Source of the DNA: Bacteroidota bacterium
GTDB taxonomy: Bacteria > Bacteroidota > Rhodothermia > Rhodothermales > UBA10348
Assembly (NCBI GenBank): GCA_029262855.1
Contig: JAJCYP010000076.1
Span: 4,784 to 68,783, forward strand
Length of the DNA stretch: 64,000 bases
Direction: 5' to 3'
The notes beneath the pieces were generated by a model, which worked only from the letters and a program-made list of their open reading frames with translations, was not told where the DNA came from and did no database searches. Of this stretch, positions 1-9,228 are shown piece after piece (position 1 is the stretch's first letter; each line of letters opens with the position of its first letter). Position numbers and translations under genes: made by a program.

Positions 1-2365
1 CCGGCGCCCTGGACAACCAGAGGGCGCTCTCCGTACAGGTCCGTGGTGAATACCACCATGTTGTCCGTCCCCTTAAGCCGGGAAAATGGACTCTCCGGAC
101 CCACCGACCGGACTCCAGTCCTGACGCGTCCGGGCTCGGCCGAGGCGACGTATTGCAGTCCGCTCCTCCCGGTCCAGTTTGAGTCGAACTCCGGGAGCCT
201 CGCCAGAAAGTCATTCACGGAGCAGTCCAGAAGGGCCGGCGGGACAAGCGACTCCACCTCGACGTCGGATCGTTCCAACGACCATCCGGCCTCGCGCGCC
301 AGCGTCAGGATCTTGCGGGCCACGTCTTCACCGCCCAGATCGTCCCGGGGATCCGGTTCCGTGAAGCCCTTCTCGCGCGCATCCAGAACGGCCGAGGAGA
401 ACGGCTGTCCCTCCGATACTCGGCCCAGCACGTAGGCCAGCGTCCCCGACAGGACGCCCTCAATGCGGTGCACTCTGTCCCCGGAAGCGACCAGATCGGC
501 CAGCGTTGAGATCACGGGTAGTCCGGCCCCCACCGTGGTTTCATACAGGAACGGGACGGCCCGCCTGGTCGCCGTGTCTTTCAGACTCTGGTAATACACG
601 AGTTCACCCGTATTCCCCCGCTTGTTTGGTGTCACGACACCGATTCCGCTCTCGAGCAGTTCCTGGTATCGGCTTGCAACATCCCCGGATGCGGTGGCAT
701 CCACCAGGATAAGCCGCTCGAGATGTGACTCCTTCAGGGCTTCGACGATGATGTCCAGAGATGTCGGGTCGCCCGTTTCCAGATCCAAGAGGGCGGTGGC
801 CGGGTCGAGGCCCTCGGAGTCCATCAGGTGACATCTGGAATTTGCCACGCCCACCAGGCGCAGGACCAGGTGGCGATCTTCGGCCAGCGCGGGCGCCTGC
901 CTCGCGAGTGTATCCAGAAAAGCGCCGCCGACAACGCCCGCTCCAATCAGGAACAGGTGGGCGCGTTCAAAGGAGCGGGCGAACGATTCGTGCAGGGCGC
1001 GAATGGCCCGCCGTGCATCGCCATCGGCAACGACCGTCGAAATGTTTGTCTCCGAAGCTCCCTGGGCGATTGCCCGAACGTTGATGTTCGCATAGCCCAG
1101 CGTGGAAAACATGCGCCCTGCGATTCCAGGCTGCATGCGCATTTGGTCTCCAACCACGGAGACCACGGCGCAATCATCCTCCGCATGGACGCGCTGGATG
1201 TCACCCCGGATGAGTTCCAGTTCGAAGGTCTTGGAAAGCGCCGCCACCGCTCGAACGGCATCGGCCTGACGTACCCCAATGCAGATACTCTGCTCGCTTG
1301 AGGCCTGTGAAATGAGGAGAACATTGACACCGGCCGCCGCCAGTGAACCGAAGGTGCGTCCTGAAATACCGGGCACCCCGACCATCCCCGCACCCTCAAC
1401 CATGATCAGGGCAATCCCGCGCACCGCCGTCACGGCTTTTACGGCGCCCTGAGAGGCCACGGACTCGGCGTGTATTCGCGTTCCGGCGGCCGCCGGATTC
1501 AGGGTGTTCTTGATTTCCAACGGGATGGACCGCTCCAGGAGGGGCCTCATCGTCCGGGGGTGCAACACCTTGGCCCCGAAATAGGCCATTTCACCCGCCT
1601 CTCGATAGCTGAGTGCCGGTAGCGTAAACGCAGCCGGGACCAACCCTGGGTCAGCGGAGAGGACCCCATCCACGTCTGTCCAGATGACCACCTTTTCCGC
1701 GGCCAGTACTCCACCCATAATCGTGGCTGTGTAGTCACTGCCGGAACGTCCGAGCGTGGTCTGGACGCCGGATTCCGTCGATGCGATGAACCCGGTGACC
1801 ACGGCCACCTCTCCTTCCGGCACCGCATCGTAGGCCTGCCGCGTCAGGGTCGCGGTGGTCGCGAAATCCACGTTCGCCTCTCCAAAGGCGTCATCGGTAC
1901 GAATCATCGAGCGGGCATCCAGAGCCACAGCCGGTAGCCCGGCCGCGTTCATGGCGGCGGCGACGATAGGAGCAGATGCGCGCTCGCCGACGCCAACGAT
2001 GGCGTCCCGTGTCCGGGGCGTGCACTCACGCAGCAGATAGATGCCGTCCATCAGCTCGCCAAGATCCCGAAAGAGATGTCCGAGTTCAATGCGCAGCGGC
2101 TCCACAGCGTCCCGGGAAACCAGGGCCCGCATGGTTTGATCATGACGCAGCCGAAGCGCCTCAAGCCGATCGGCGTGGGAGCCGGATCTGGAAAGTGCGG
2201 CATCCATGGCGCCAATCAACTCATCCGTGACACCCCCGAAGGCAGAGACCACAACCACTCGACGAATCGAAGCCGGCTCGGCCGCGACCAACCCAATGAC
2301 GGTCCGGATTCGCTCGGCCGTACTGACGGAAGTGCCGCCGAATTTGTAAACGCGCGTGGTCATTG
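1..2365 (-). CDS. bifunctional aspartokinase/homoserine dehydrogenase (ThrA-like). Start at 2365; 3' end runs off the window.
   Basis: Reverse-complement translation from the ATG at 2363-2365 reads MTTRVYKFGGTSVSTAERI..., the aspartokinase N-terminal signature. It continues through ACT-like regions and a homoserine dehydrogenase NAD-binding stretch (FLIGAGVVGGAFLD). The frame has no stop down to position 1. The ORF track omitted it because it is edge-open. Confidence 0.85.
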
Positions 2366-2538
2366 CGGTGAAGAGGGCGAATGAACGGGTATGCAGGGAC
2401 GCTCGGTTGCATCAACGCTTCTCCCCGATCACCGTTCGCCCGCCCGCCGTTCTTTGGAAGCCCCAACCCGAACCTGCCCATTTCTTCACGCCTGGACCGG
2501 TTGACTCCCAGGCCGGCTGCCGTAATTTCTTGGCTGCT

Positions 2539-2611
<73 letters not shown>

Positions 2612-2618
2612 CCCACAG

Positions 2619-2657
2619 ATTCCCGTAACTGATTGCATGGCTTTTGGTTACGGGAAT
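2619..2657. other. 11-bp perfect stem hairpin (ATTCCCGTAAC...GTTACGGGAAT) right after the tRNA
   Basis: Inverted repeat read directly from the sequence, with a 17-nt loop and no clear U-tract. It may be a tRNA terminator or processing structure, or the edge of an island insertion site. Confidence 0.35.
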
Positions 2658-2680
2658 GTTAGTTTGGGGCGCGGGGTTCC

Positions 2681-2830
2681 CTACCGCGTCTTGGCTCCTT
2701 CCCAGACCACGGTGGCGTCGTACCCGATCTGCTGAATCGCTGCAACGAGTTGGTCGTTCGCGGCGGTCTCATGCTGGAGTTCTTCCAAAAGGTCTTTCCA
2801 TTCGTGTAGACGAATACAGGACGATGACAT
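2681..2830 (-). pseudogene. Remnant in-frame fusion mini-ORF (49 aa): ArsR-family regulator N-terminus joined to a MerT-MerP-like C-terminus
   Basis: Translation is MSSSCIRLHEWKDLLEELQHETAANDQLVAAIQQIGYDATVVWEGAKTR*. Positions 2686-2744 match the 3' end of the gene at 18191-18249. Positions 2743-2835 match the 5' end of the regulator gene at 19078-19175, at about 93% identity. The junction lies at the microhomology CAAC-GAG. Confidence 0.6.
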
Positions 2831-2914
2831 GGCGATTAGTTAGGGCGTGGGCTGGCACTTCGCCTTCCGGTGACTCATATTCGGGGAGTCGCGCGATGAG
2901 TCAACCCTGGTGGC

Positions 2915-3838
2915 ATGGAGCAGCGAGTTTGTACTGGAAATGTAGCGCGATTGGCCGTCGGTTTCCTTCTCGCGTCGGTGGGAGCAGGATGTGGTGGGAA
3001 TCAGAGCGTCCCTCAGGTCGACTTCATGAGAGCCGAGGTGGAGCGGCCAGCCTCCGCGCCCGACAAGGAGCGTCCGCTGACTATGGCGGTTTCCGCGATG
3101 ACGTCGCCTCGACAGACTCTTCGCTACTACGACCAGATAGCCCTGGCCATCTCAACCGATCTGGATCGCCCGGTGCAACTGGTCCAGAGGCGCACCTACC
3201 AAGAGGTCAACGACCTCCTCCGGACCGGCCAGGTCGATGTGGCCTTCATCTGCTCTGGCGCCTACGTCGCTGCCCGGGAGGAATTTGACCTTGATCTGCT
3301 GGCCATCCCGCAGATAAATGGGCGCACGACGTACCGGTCCTACATCATCGCGGGGCCTGGCGTCGAGGGCGAGCGCTTTGATGACCTCAAGGGTCGGTCC
3401 TTCGCATTCACGGACCCGTTGTCGAACACCGGGTATCTGTATCCGATGTCGCGACTTGCCGATTCAGGCGAGAGCGCTGAGGTCTTTTTCACCGAGACCC
3501 GATTCACTCACGCGCACGACTACTCGATTCGCGCGGTGCGTCTCGGGACCGTAGATGCAGCGGCGGTGGAGTCACCGGTCTTCGAGTTCATGCGAAAGTC
3601 CGCCCCGGAGGAATTGGCAGGGATCCGTGTGATCGAGATCTCTCCAGAATACGGAATGCCGCCGGTGGTCGCGCCGGCCTCATTGGCGATTGAGGAGCGA
3701 GTGGCCCTGCGGCGTGTCCTGCTGAGAATGCATGGTGACTCACTCGGCCGAGCCGCGCTTTCCGCGTTGCACATCGACCGTTTCCGCGAGGGGGATCCGG
3801 CCGCGTACGACGGGATCCCTGCCCTGCCTGGATCATGA
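2915..3838 (+). CDS. PhnD-like periplasmic substrate-binding protein; lipoprotein-type signal; AioX/ArxX-like sensor partner
   Basis: The 307-aa ORF begins MEQRV...LAVGFLLASVGAGCGG (signal peptide plus Cys). The body resembles phosphonate/phosphite-binding PhnD-family proteins. Its stop overlaps the start of the kinase gene (ATGA). Confidence 0.65.
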   Translation: MEQRVCTGNVARLAVGFLLASVGAGCGGNQSVPQVDFMRAEVERPASAPDKERPLTMAVSAMTSPRQTLRYYDQIALAISTDLDRPVQLVQRRTYQEVNDLLRTGQVDVAFICSGAYVAAREEFDLDLLAIPQINGRTTYRSYIIAGPGVEGERFDDLKGRSFAFTDPLSNTGYLYPMSRLADSGESAEVFFTETRFTHAHDYSIRAVRLGTVDAAAVESPVFEFMRKSAPEELAGIRVIEISPEYGMPPVVAPASLAIEERVALRRVLLRMHGDSLGRAALSALHIDRFREGDPAAYDGIPALPGS

Positions 3839-5352
3839 GCGAAGGACGAAAACGGCTGCACATCCCGATTTTTTGGAAAATTAGCCTGGCGATCGTCTTC
3901 GTGGTCGCGGCTTTCGGATCGGTCAACCTCTACCTGATCCGGCAGAGGGTGACCGACACCGTGATCAAGCAGGCGGTCTACCGGGTCTCCACGCAGGCCG
4001 CTACGTTGGCGGAGTTGCTGCAAAAGGCTCTGTTGTACGATGACCTCATCGAGGTTCGCGAGCAGTTGGTGGACGTCGTTCGGGTTGACTCTACCCTGCA
4101 CTACGCTCTCGTTCTGGGTGCGCACGGTCGAGTGCTCGCGCACACCTTCGAACGGGGAGTACCGTCTGGCCTACCAGAGACCATCCGCGACTCCGATACG
4201 GCCACCGTCTTTCGGCGGACAGACACGGACGAACGGCTGGTCAATGTAAGTGCACTCATTCTGGGCGGACGCCTTGGAGAAGTCCACGTCGGGATGTCTT
4301 TGACATCTATCAACCGGCTTTCGGATGTCGTCCTCCAGACGTTCCTGCTCATGATAGCCGCTTTCCTCGCCACCGGGCTCGGCGGAGCGCTGTTGTTTGC
4401 CCGCTACCTGACGAATCCGGCAAAACGGATCGCGGAAACGGCATCATCGATTCGGCTCGACGAGCTTGGACAGGGCCGCCCTCCAAGTGTTCGGATCCGC
4501 ACGGGGCTTACGAGGGTGCTCCCAGGCGTTCCGCGGGTGGTAGACGAGATGGACATACTCGCTGACCGGTTCAACGAAATGTTGGAGCGACTCGACGGGG
4601 CCTACGCAGAACTCACTGTCGCCCAGGCCATGGCGTTGCGCTCTGAGAAGCTCGCGACAATCGGCACCCTGGCCGCTGGCATCGCCCATGAAGTGAACAA
4701 CCCCGTTGCAGGGATTCGAAACTGCGTTCGACGCATGCGCGAAAACCCCGAGAACGAGGAGCAACGTCAGAGGTACCTGAGTTTGATGGACCGCGCAGCC
4801 GAGCGCATTGGTCGGGTCGTGAGTAGCCTGCTACAGTTTTCCAGAATCCAGGACCAACCATACGCGCCGGTTTCCATCGGGGACGTGGTGGAGCGTGCGA
4901 TGGTTCTCGTGGTCCATCAACTTGAACAGAGCGCCATCTCGGTATCGAAGCGACTGGCCAAGGACGCTCCCATGGTGATGGGTAACGGCGGTGAACTGGA
5001 GCAGGTGGTGGTCAACCTCCTGGTTAACGCGATACATGCAACCGAGGACCGCAGACTGGCAAACGGCACGTTGGACACTCCTTCAAGTAGCATAATTGCT
5101 TCGGTCCGCGAGGCTGGGACAAACGTGCTATTGACCATCGAAGACCAAGGCGTGGGGATATCCGAGGAAGATCTGCAAAGCGCGTTCGATCCGTTCTTCA
5201 CTACGAAAGACTCCGAGAGGGGGACTGGGCTCGGCCTCGCGGTTTGTCGCAAGATTGTGCAGCAGCACGGCGGGAGGATTTCGCTCCGGAATTCTCATCC
5301 GCACGGCGCTGTCGCGGAAGTACTGATTCCGAAGATGAAGGCTAGCGCGTGA
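3835..5352 (+). CDS. sensor histidine kinase with periplasmic loop, HAMP, HisKA, HATPase; AioS/ArxS-like
   Basis: Two predicted TM helices flank a periplasmic domain of about 130 aa. H-box AHEVNNP, G-box DQGVGI and G2-box GTGLGL are present. It overlaps both neighbours, so translational coupling is likely. Confidence 0.8.
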   Translation: MSEGRKRLHIPIFWKISLAIVFVVAAFGSVNLYLIRQRVTDTVIKQAVYRVSTQAATLAELLQKALLYDDLIEVREQLVDVVRVDSTLHYALVLGAHGRVLAHTFERGVPSGLPETIRDSDTATVFRRTDTDERLVNVSALILGGRLGEVHVGMSLTSINRLSDVVLQTFLLMIAAFLATGLGGALLFARYLTNPAKRIAETASSIRLDELGQGRPPSVRIRTGLTRVLPGVPRVVDEMDILADRFNEMLERLDGAYAELTVAQAMALRSEKLATIGTLAAGIAHEVNNPVAGIRNCVRRMRENPENEEQRQRYLSLMDRAAERIGRVVSSLLQFSRIQDQPYAPVSIGDVVERAMVLVVHQLEQSAISVSKRLAKDAPMVMGNGGELEQVVVNLLVNAIHATEDRRLANGTLDTPSSSIIASVREAGTNVLLTIEDQGVGISEEDLQSAFDPFFTTKDSERGTGLGLAVCRKIVQQHGGRISLRNSHPHGAVAEVLIPKMKASA

Positions 5353-6680
5353 TGTCTCAGAAGCTGATCTACGTCGTCGATGACGAGGAAATCATTCGCC
5401 TGACATTGGCGGATGACCTGGCGGACGCGGGTTTCGAGGTTGAGGCGTTTACTGGTGCACGCGACTGCATGGCAGCGGCAACCGCTCGTCGGCCCGACGC
5501 AGTCGTGAGCGACGTCCGTATGCCGGGCATCGACGGCATGGCCCTGCTCAGGCGATTGAAGGAGTTGCATCCGGAGACCTGCGTTATTCTAATGACCGCA
5601 TTCGGTACCGTCGACACTGCCGTTGAGGCGATGAAGGCGGGAGCATTCGATTACGTCACCAAGCCCTTCGACCTCGACGAGCTCCTGATCCTCTTGTCCC
5701 GCGCCTTTGAGTTAGTCGGCAGCCGAAAGGAAATCCGTAGCCTCCGAGACCGATTGGGCGAGAATCATTCGCCAGAGTCCTACCTGGGCTCCAGCAAGAC
5801 GGCGGCGGAGACACGACGTCTTCTGCAGGAAGTGGCGGTCACCGAGGCGACCGTCCTCCTTGTTGGTGAAACCGGAACCGGCAAAGAACTGGCCGCCGGC
5901 GTCATTCATCACAGAAGCGGGCGTGCCTCCTCGCCCTTCATTCGAGTGAGTTGCGCCGTGCTTTCCAGGGAGGTATTCGAAAGCGAGCTGTTCGGCCACG
6001 TCAAGGGGGCATTCACCGGTGCCGAAAGGTCCCGCGGAGGACGATTTCAGGCAGGGAACGGGGGAAGCGTGCTGCTGGATGATATCGATGACATTCCACT
6101 CGACCTTCAGGTCAAACTACTTAGGGTACTTCAGGAACGAGAGGTAGAACCCGTCGGGGCGAGCCATCCTGTGCCGATAGACGTCCGAGTGATTGCCGCT
6201 ACGAAGAAGGACCTCGGCGAACTGGTCCGCCAGGGAAGTTTTCGGGAGGACCTGTACTACCGACTCAACGTGCTCCCGGTGGTTCTGCCTCCCTTGAGGG
6301 AGCGCCCGGAAGACATCCCTGACCTGGTTTTTCACTTCGCACGACAGATGGGTTGCCGGGCGGACGCGTTCTCCGAACAAGCGATCGCACGCCTCTGCTC
6401 GCACGACTGGCCGGGCAACGTGAGGGAACTGCGCAATGCGGTCGAGAGGATGGTGCTACTATCTGGAGGCCGCTGTATAGATATCGACAGGGTCCCCAGC
6501 GAAATCTCCACCTCGACCGGCGCGGAACCCCGATCTCTTGAAGCGCGGGTGGCGGCATTTGAGCGTGGGCTCATCGAGCAGGCGCTCGATCGATCAGGAG
6601 GGAATCGCGCAGAGGCGGCTCGTTTCCTCCAAATTCCTGCTTCCACACTAAGGAGCAAGCTGGGCAAGCACGAGCTGTAG
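5352..6680 (+). CDS. sigma-54-dependent response regulator (NtrC family: REC + AAA+ + Fis-type HTH); AioR/ArxR-like
   Basis: Receiver domain (VVDDEEIIRL...DVRMPGIDG). Walker A GETGTGKE, the GAFTGA sigma-54 contact motif, and a C-terminal HTH. The ATG overlaps the kinase TGA. Confidence 0.85.
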   Translation: MSQKLIYVVDDEEIIRLTLADDLADAGFEVEAFTGARDCMAAATARRPDAVVSDVRMPGIDGMALLRRLKELHPETCVILMTAFGTVDTAVEAMKAGAFDYVTKPFDLDELLILLSRAFELVGSRKEIRSLRDRLGENHSPESYLGSSKTAAETRRLLQEVAVTEATVLLVGETGTGKELAAGVIHHRSGRASSPFIRVSCAVLSREVFESELFGHVKGAFTGAERSRGGRFQAGNGGSVLLDDIDDIPLDLQVKLLRVLQEREVEPVGASHPVPIDVRVIAATKKDLGELVRQGSFREDLYYRLNVLPVVLPPLRERPEDIPDLVFHFARQMGCRADAFSEQAIARLCSHDWPGNVRELRNAVERMVLLSGGRCIDIDRVPSEISTSTGAEPRSLEARVAAFERGLIEQALDRSGGNRAEAARFLQIPASTLRSKLGKHEL

Positions 6681-6860
6681 GATGCGCGAGGATTCGCGGT
6701 TACCCTCCAAATATCGCGCCCTTCCTCTTTGCCGAACCGACCTGCGAGATGGAGCTAAGTCGTGCAAACACATGCCCATGATGAGGTTACGTGAATAGCC
6801 TGGCCCCGATCGGTACGCGATTCGTTTGCGGGGCCAGTCCGAGTCATCTCTGCCGTCCTC

Positions 6861-7853
6861 ATGACACAATCGAAGCCCTCGCTCCAGGACCGTTTCGGAC
6901 GGAGGCACACGTACCTTCGCCTTGCGGTTACCGAGCGTTGCAACCTCCGATGCCAATATTGCATGCCGGAGGAGGGATCCCCCAAGCGCTCCACGAACGC
7001 CTACCTGTCCGATCACGAGATCCTGACGGCGGTCGCGGCACTTGCGAGGACCGGGGTTGACCGCGTACGGCTCACGGGGGGTGAGCCGCTGGTTCGAAAG
7101 AACGTTCTGACCCTCGCCAGGCAACTCCGCGCCTGTGAGGGCATTGAGTCGGTTCGGTTGACGTCGAACGGCCTGCTACTCGGTCGGCACCTGCCGGAAC
7201 TGTTAGAGTCCGGAATCGACACGGTCAACGTCAGTCTCGATACGCTTCGTCCGAAGCGCTTCGAGCATATCACCGGTGGCACGGGTCACTCCACGATCCT
7301 GAGAGCAATCGACGACCTGATCGCAACCGGTGTCGTTCGGACAAAAATCAACGTCGTGTTAATGGCCGGAGTGAATGATGACGAGGTCGAGGACCTCGTC
7401 GCGTTCGTCCAGGATCGTCCGGTCGACATACGGTTCATTGAATTCATGCCCTTCGTTCAGAACGGCTGGAGCAAGGATCGGTACGTAGCTGAGCACATCA
7501 TCGTTGAGCGGCTTCGGCGGCGGTTCTCACTGAAGGTGGCGCCCACCGCAAAGAACGACACAGCCGTGATGTACCGAATTGCCGGCCATAGCGGCCGCAT
7601 CGGGTTCATCTCATCTGTTTCCAGCCCGTTCTGTCGAAACTGCAATCGACTACGGATTTCGGCGACCGGCCAATTCAGATCCTGCCTGTTTGGTGCGCCT
7701 AGCCTGGACCTGCGGAGTTTGCTCCGAGGTGGTGGGGATGAGAACGTGATTACTTCGGCCGTGCGCGGCGCCCTGCTTGGCAAGCACTGGGCTCACGATG
7801 GAAGACGGTCCTCGTCCGAAGCGGGTGCCCCGATGATCGCGATTGGCGGCTAA
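6861..7853 (+). CDS. moaA: GTP 3',8-cyclase MoaA (radical SAM, molybdenum cofactor biosynthesis)
   Basis: N-terminal CNLRCQYC radical-SAM motif and TGGEPL. MoaA family length (330 aa). Confidence 0.85.
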   Translation: MTQSKPSLQDRFGRRHTYLRLAVTERCNLRCQYCMPEEGSPKRSTNAYLSDHEILTAVAALARTGVDRVRLTGGEPLVRKNVLTLARQLRACEGIESVRLTSNGLLLGRHLPELLESGIDTVNVSLDTLRPKRFEHITGGTGHSTILRAIDDLIATGVVRTKINVVLMAGVNDDEVEDLVAFVQDRPVDIRFIEFMPFVQNGWSKDRYVAEHIIVERLRRRFSLKVAPTAKNDTAVMYRIAGHSGRIGFISSVSSPFCRNCNRLRISATGQFRSCLFGAPSLDLRSLLRGGGDENVITSAVRGALLGKHWAHDGRRSSSEAGAPMIAIGG

Positions 7854-8098
7854 GACGGGCCCCCGCGGACAAGCCGCTGTCAGTTGACTCAGACGGGGGG
7901 CGGCCTCGACTGTTCGGGTCGGTGGGCGATCGCAGTGGTCTCTTCTCACAACCCAGCGCCGAGTCGGCAACCGGCGGGGTTTCGCTCGCACGACGCGAAA
8001 TCTCGCGCATGCATTTGGGTCAACCCCGAAAGCGATGACTGGATATGGGGTTGTAAAACATGGACTTGACGGTCCTTTCCGATTCACTCGGGCCCAAA

Positions 8099-8113
8099 CG
8101 GCACGCTGTTGGT
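8099..8113 (+). promoter_or_regulatory. weak candidate sigma-54 (-24/-12) promoter upstream of the porin gene
   Basis: CGGCACG-N4-TGGT, 55-70 nt upstream of the ATG at 8167. The -24 half matches GGCACG well. The -12 half reads GT instead of the near-invariant GC. Confidence 0.2.
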
Positions 8114-8166
8114 GAAGAGGCTGACGAACCCAAACGAGACTCTTCGCCTCACGACCATAGACAGAC

Positions 8167-9177
8167 ATGAAAACCAAATACGTCCTGTTTTCTCTGGCCC
8201 TGCTGATCACCCTGCCGGCAGTGGCGCAGAACACGAAGATCAGCGGTTACATGTTCGGCGACGCGTACTACGTGGCCGCGGCTCCCGACGAAGACCTCGA
8301 AGGTAGAAGCGGCTTCCAATTCCGCCGAATTTACGTGACCCTGGACAGCGGTATCTCTGAGAACTTCGATACGAGGTTCCGCATCGAGGCAGCACACCCG
8401 GGCGACTTCACCACCAAAGCCAAAATGACGCCGATCGTCAAGGACGCCTATCTCCGTTGGAAAAAATCGGGCCACTCGGTCTATTTCGGACTGTCATCCA
8501 CACCAACCTGGTCGCGTCTGGAGTCCTTCTGGGGGTTCCGGTCGGTTGAGAAGACCCCGCTGGACCTGTACAAGTACGGCTCCTCACGCGACTTCGGCAT
8601 CGCGGCCAAGGGTCCTCTCGGATCGAGTGGCCGGCTGTCCTACCACGCGATGGTAGCGAACGGATCGGGTACGTCCTCGGAGACCAATGACGGCAAGAAG
8701 GCGCTGCTCTCGCTGGCTGTCGAAATGGTTGATGGTCTCACCTTTGAGGCCTACGGTGATTTTGAAGGCCTCGAGGGCGACACGGACCGGTCGACGCTCC
8801 AGGGCGCGCTCATGTACGGCGCGGACTGGGGGCGCGTTGGGCTCAGCTTCGCCCGTCACTCCCGCGGAGTTGCGGATGCAGATGCGATGACATTCGATGT
8901 GGCATCGGCCTTCATTGCTGCCGCCGTGTCGGATCGCAGCGATGCCTTCGTCAGGGTCGATCATCAGTTCGATCCCAACCCGTCAGCTGCCGGGATCTCA
9001 TATGTGCCGTTCGCGACGGCCGATGCGACGACTTTCCTGGTTGCCGGACTATCGATCAAGGCCGCAGACAACGTCTTTCTCCAGCCGAACGTGGAGCTGG
9101 TCTCCTACAGCATGGACACGGGAGACGCCCCTGCCGCGACGGTCATCCCTCGAATCACGGTCTACTTCAAACACTAG
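8167..9177 (+). CDS. outer membrane porin (signal peptide, beta-barrel, C-terminal ...YFKH)
   Basis: Signal peptide MKTKYVLFSLALLITLPAVAQ. Amphipathic beta-strand pattern throughout. The C-terminus has an aromatic residue at position -3. Confidence 0.6.
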   Translation: MKTKYVLFSLALLITLPAVAQNTKISGYMFGDAYYVAAAPDEDLEGRSGFQFRRIYVTLDSGISENFDTRFRIEAAHPGDFTTKAKMTPIVKDAYLRWKKSGHSVYFGLSSTPTWSRLESFWGFRSVEKTPLDLYKYGSSRDFGIAAKGPLGSSGRLSYHAMVANGSGTSSETNDGKKALLSLAVEMVDGLTFEAYGDFEGLEGDTDRSTLQGALMYGADWGRVGLSFARHSRGVADADAMTFDVASAFIAAAVSDRSDAFVRVDHQFDPNPSAAGISYVPFATADATTFLVAGLSIKAADNVFLQPNVELVSYSMDTGDAPAATVIPRITVYFKH

Positions 9178-9228
9178 AAGCCTCGCCGTAGGGTCACATT
9201 AATACTTCGCATTGGGAGGTCAATCAGA

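Noticed and set aside
2852-2867. TGGCAC-N6-TTCC as a sigma-54 promoter for the binding-protein/kinase/regulator operon
   Set aside because: The -12 element lacks the GC dinucleotide and is shifted by one. The match is too weak to call.
6648-7124. 158-aa minus-strand ORF overlapping the moaA start and the upstream leader
   Set aside because: No recognisable family. It overlaps a well-supported radical-SAM MoaA on the other strand. This is a typical spurious long ORF in GC-rich DNA.
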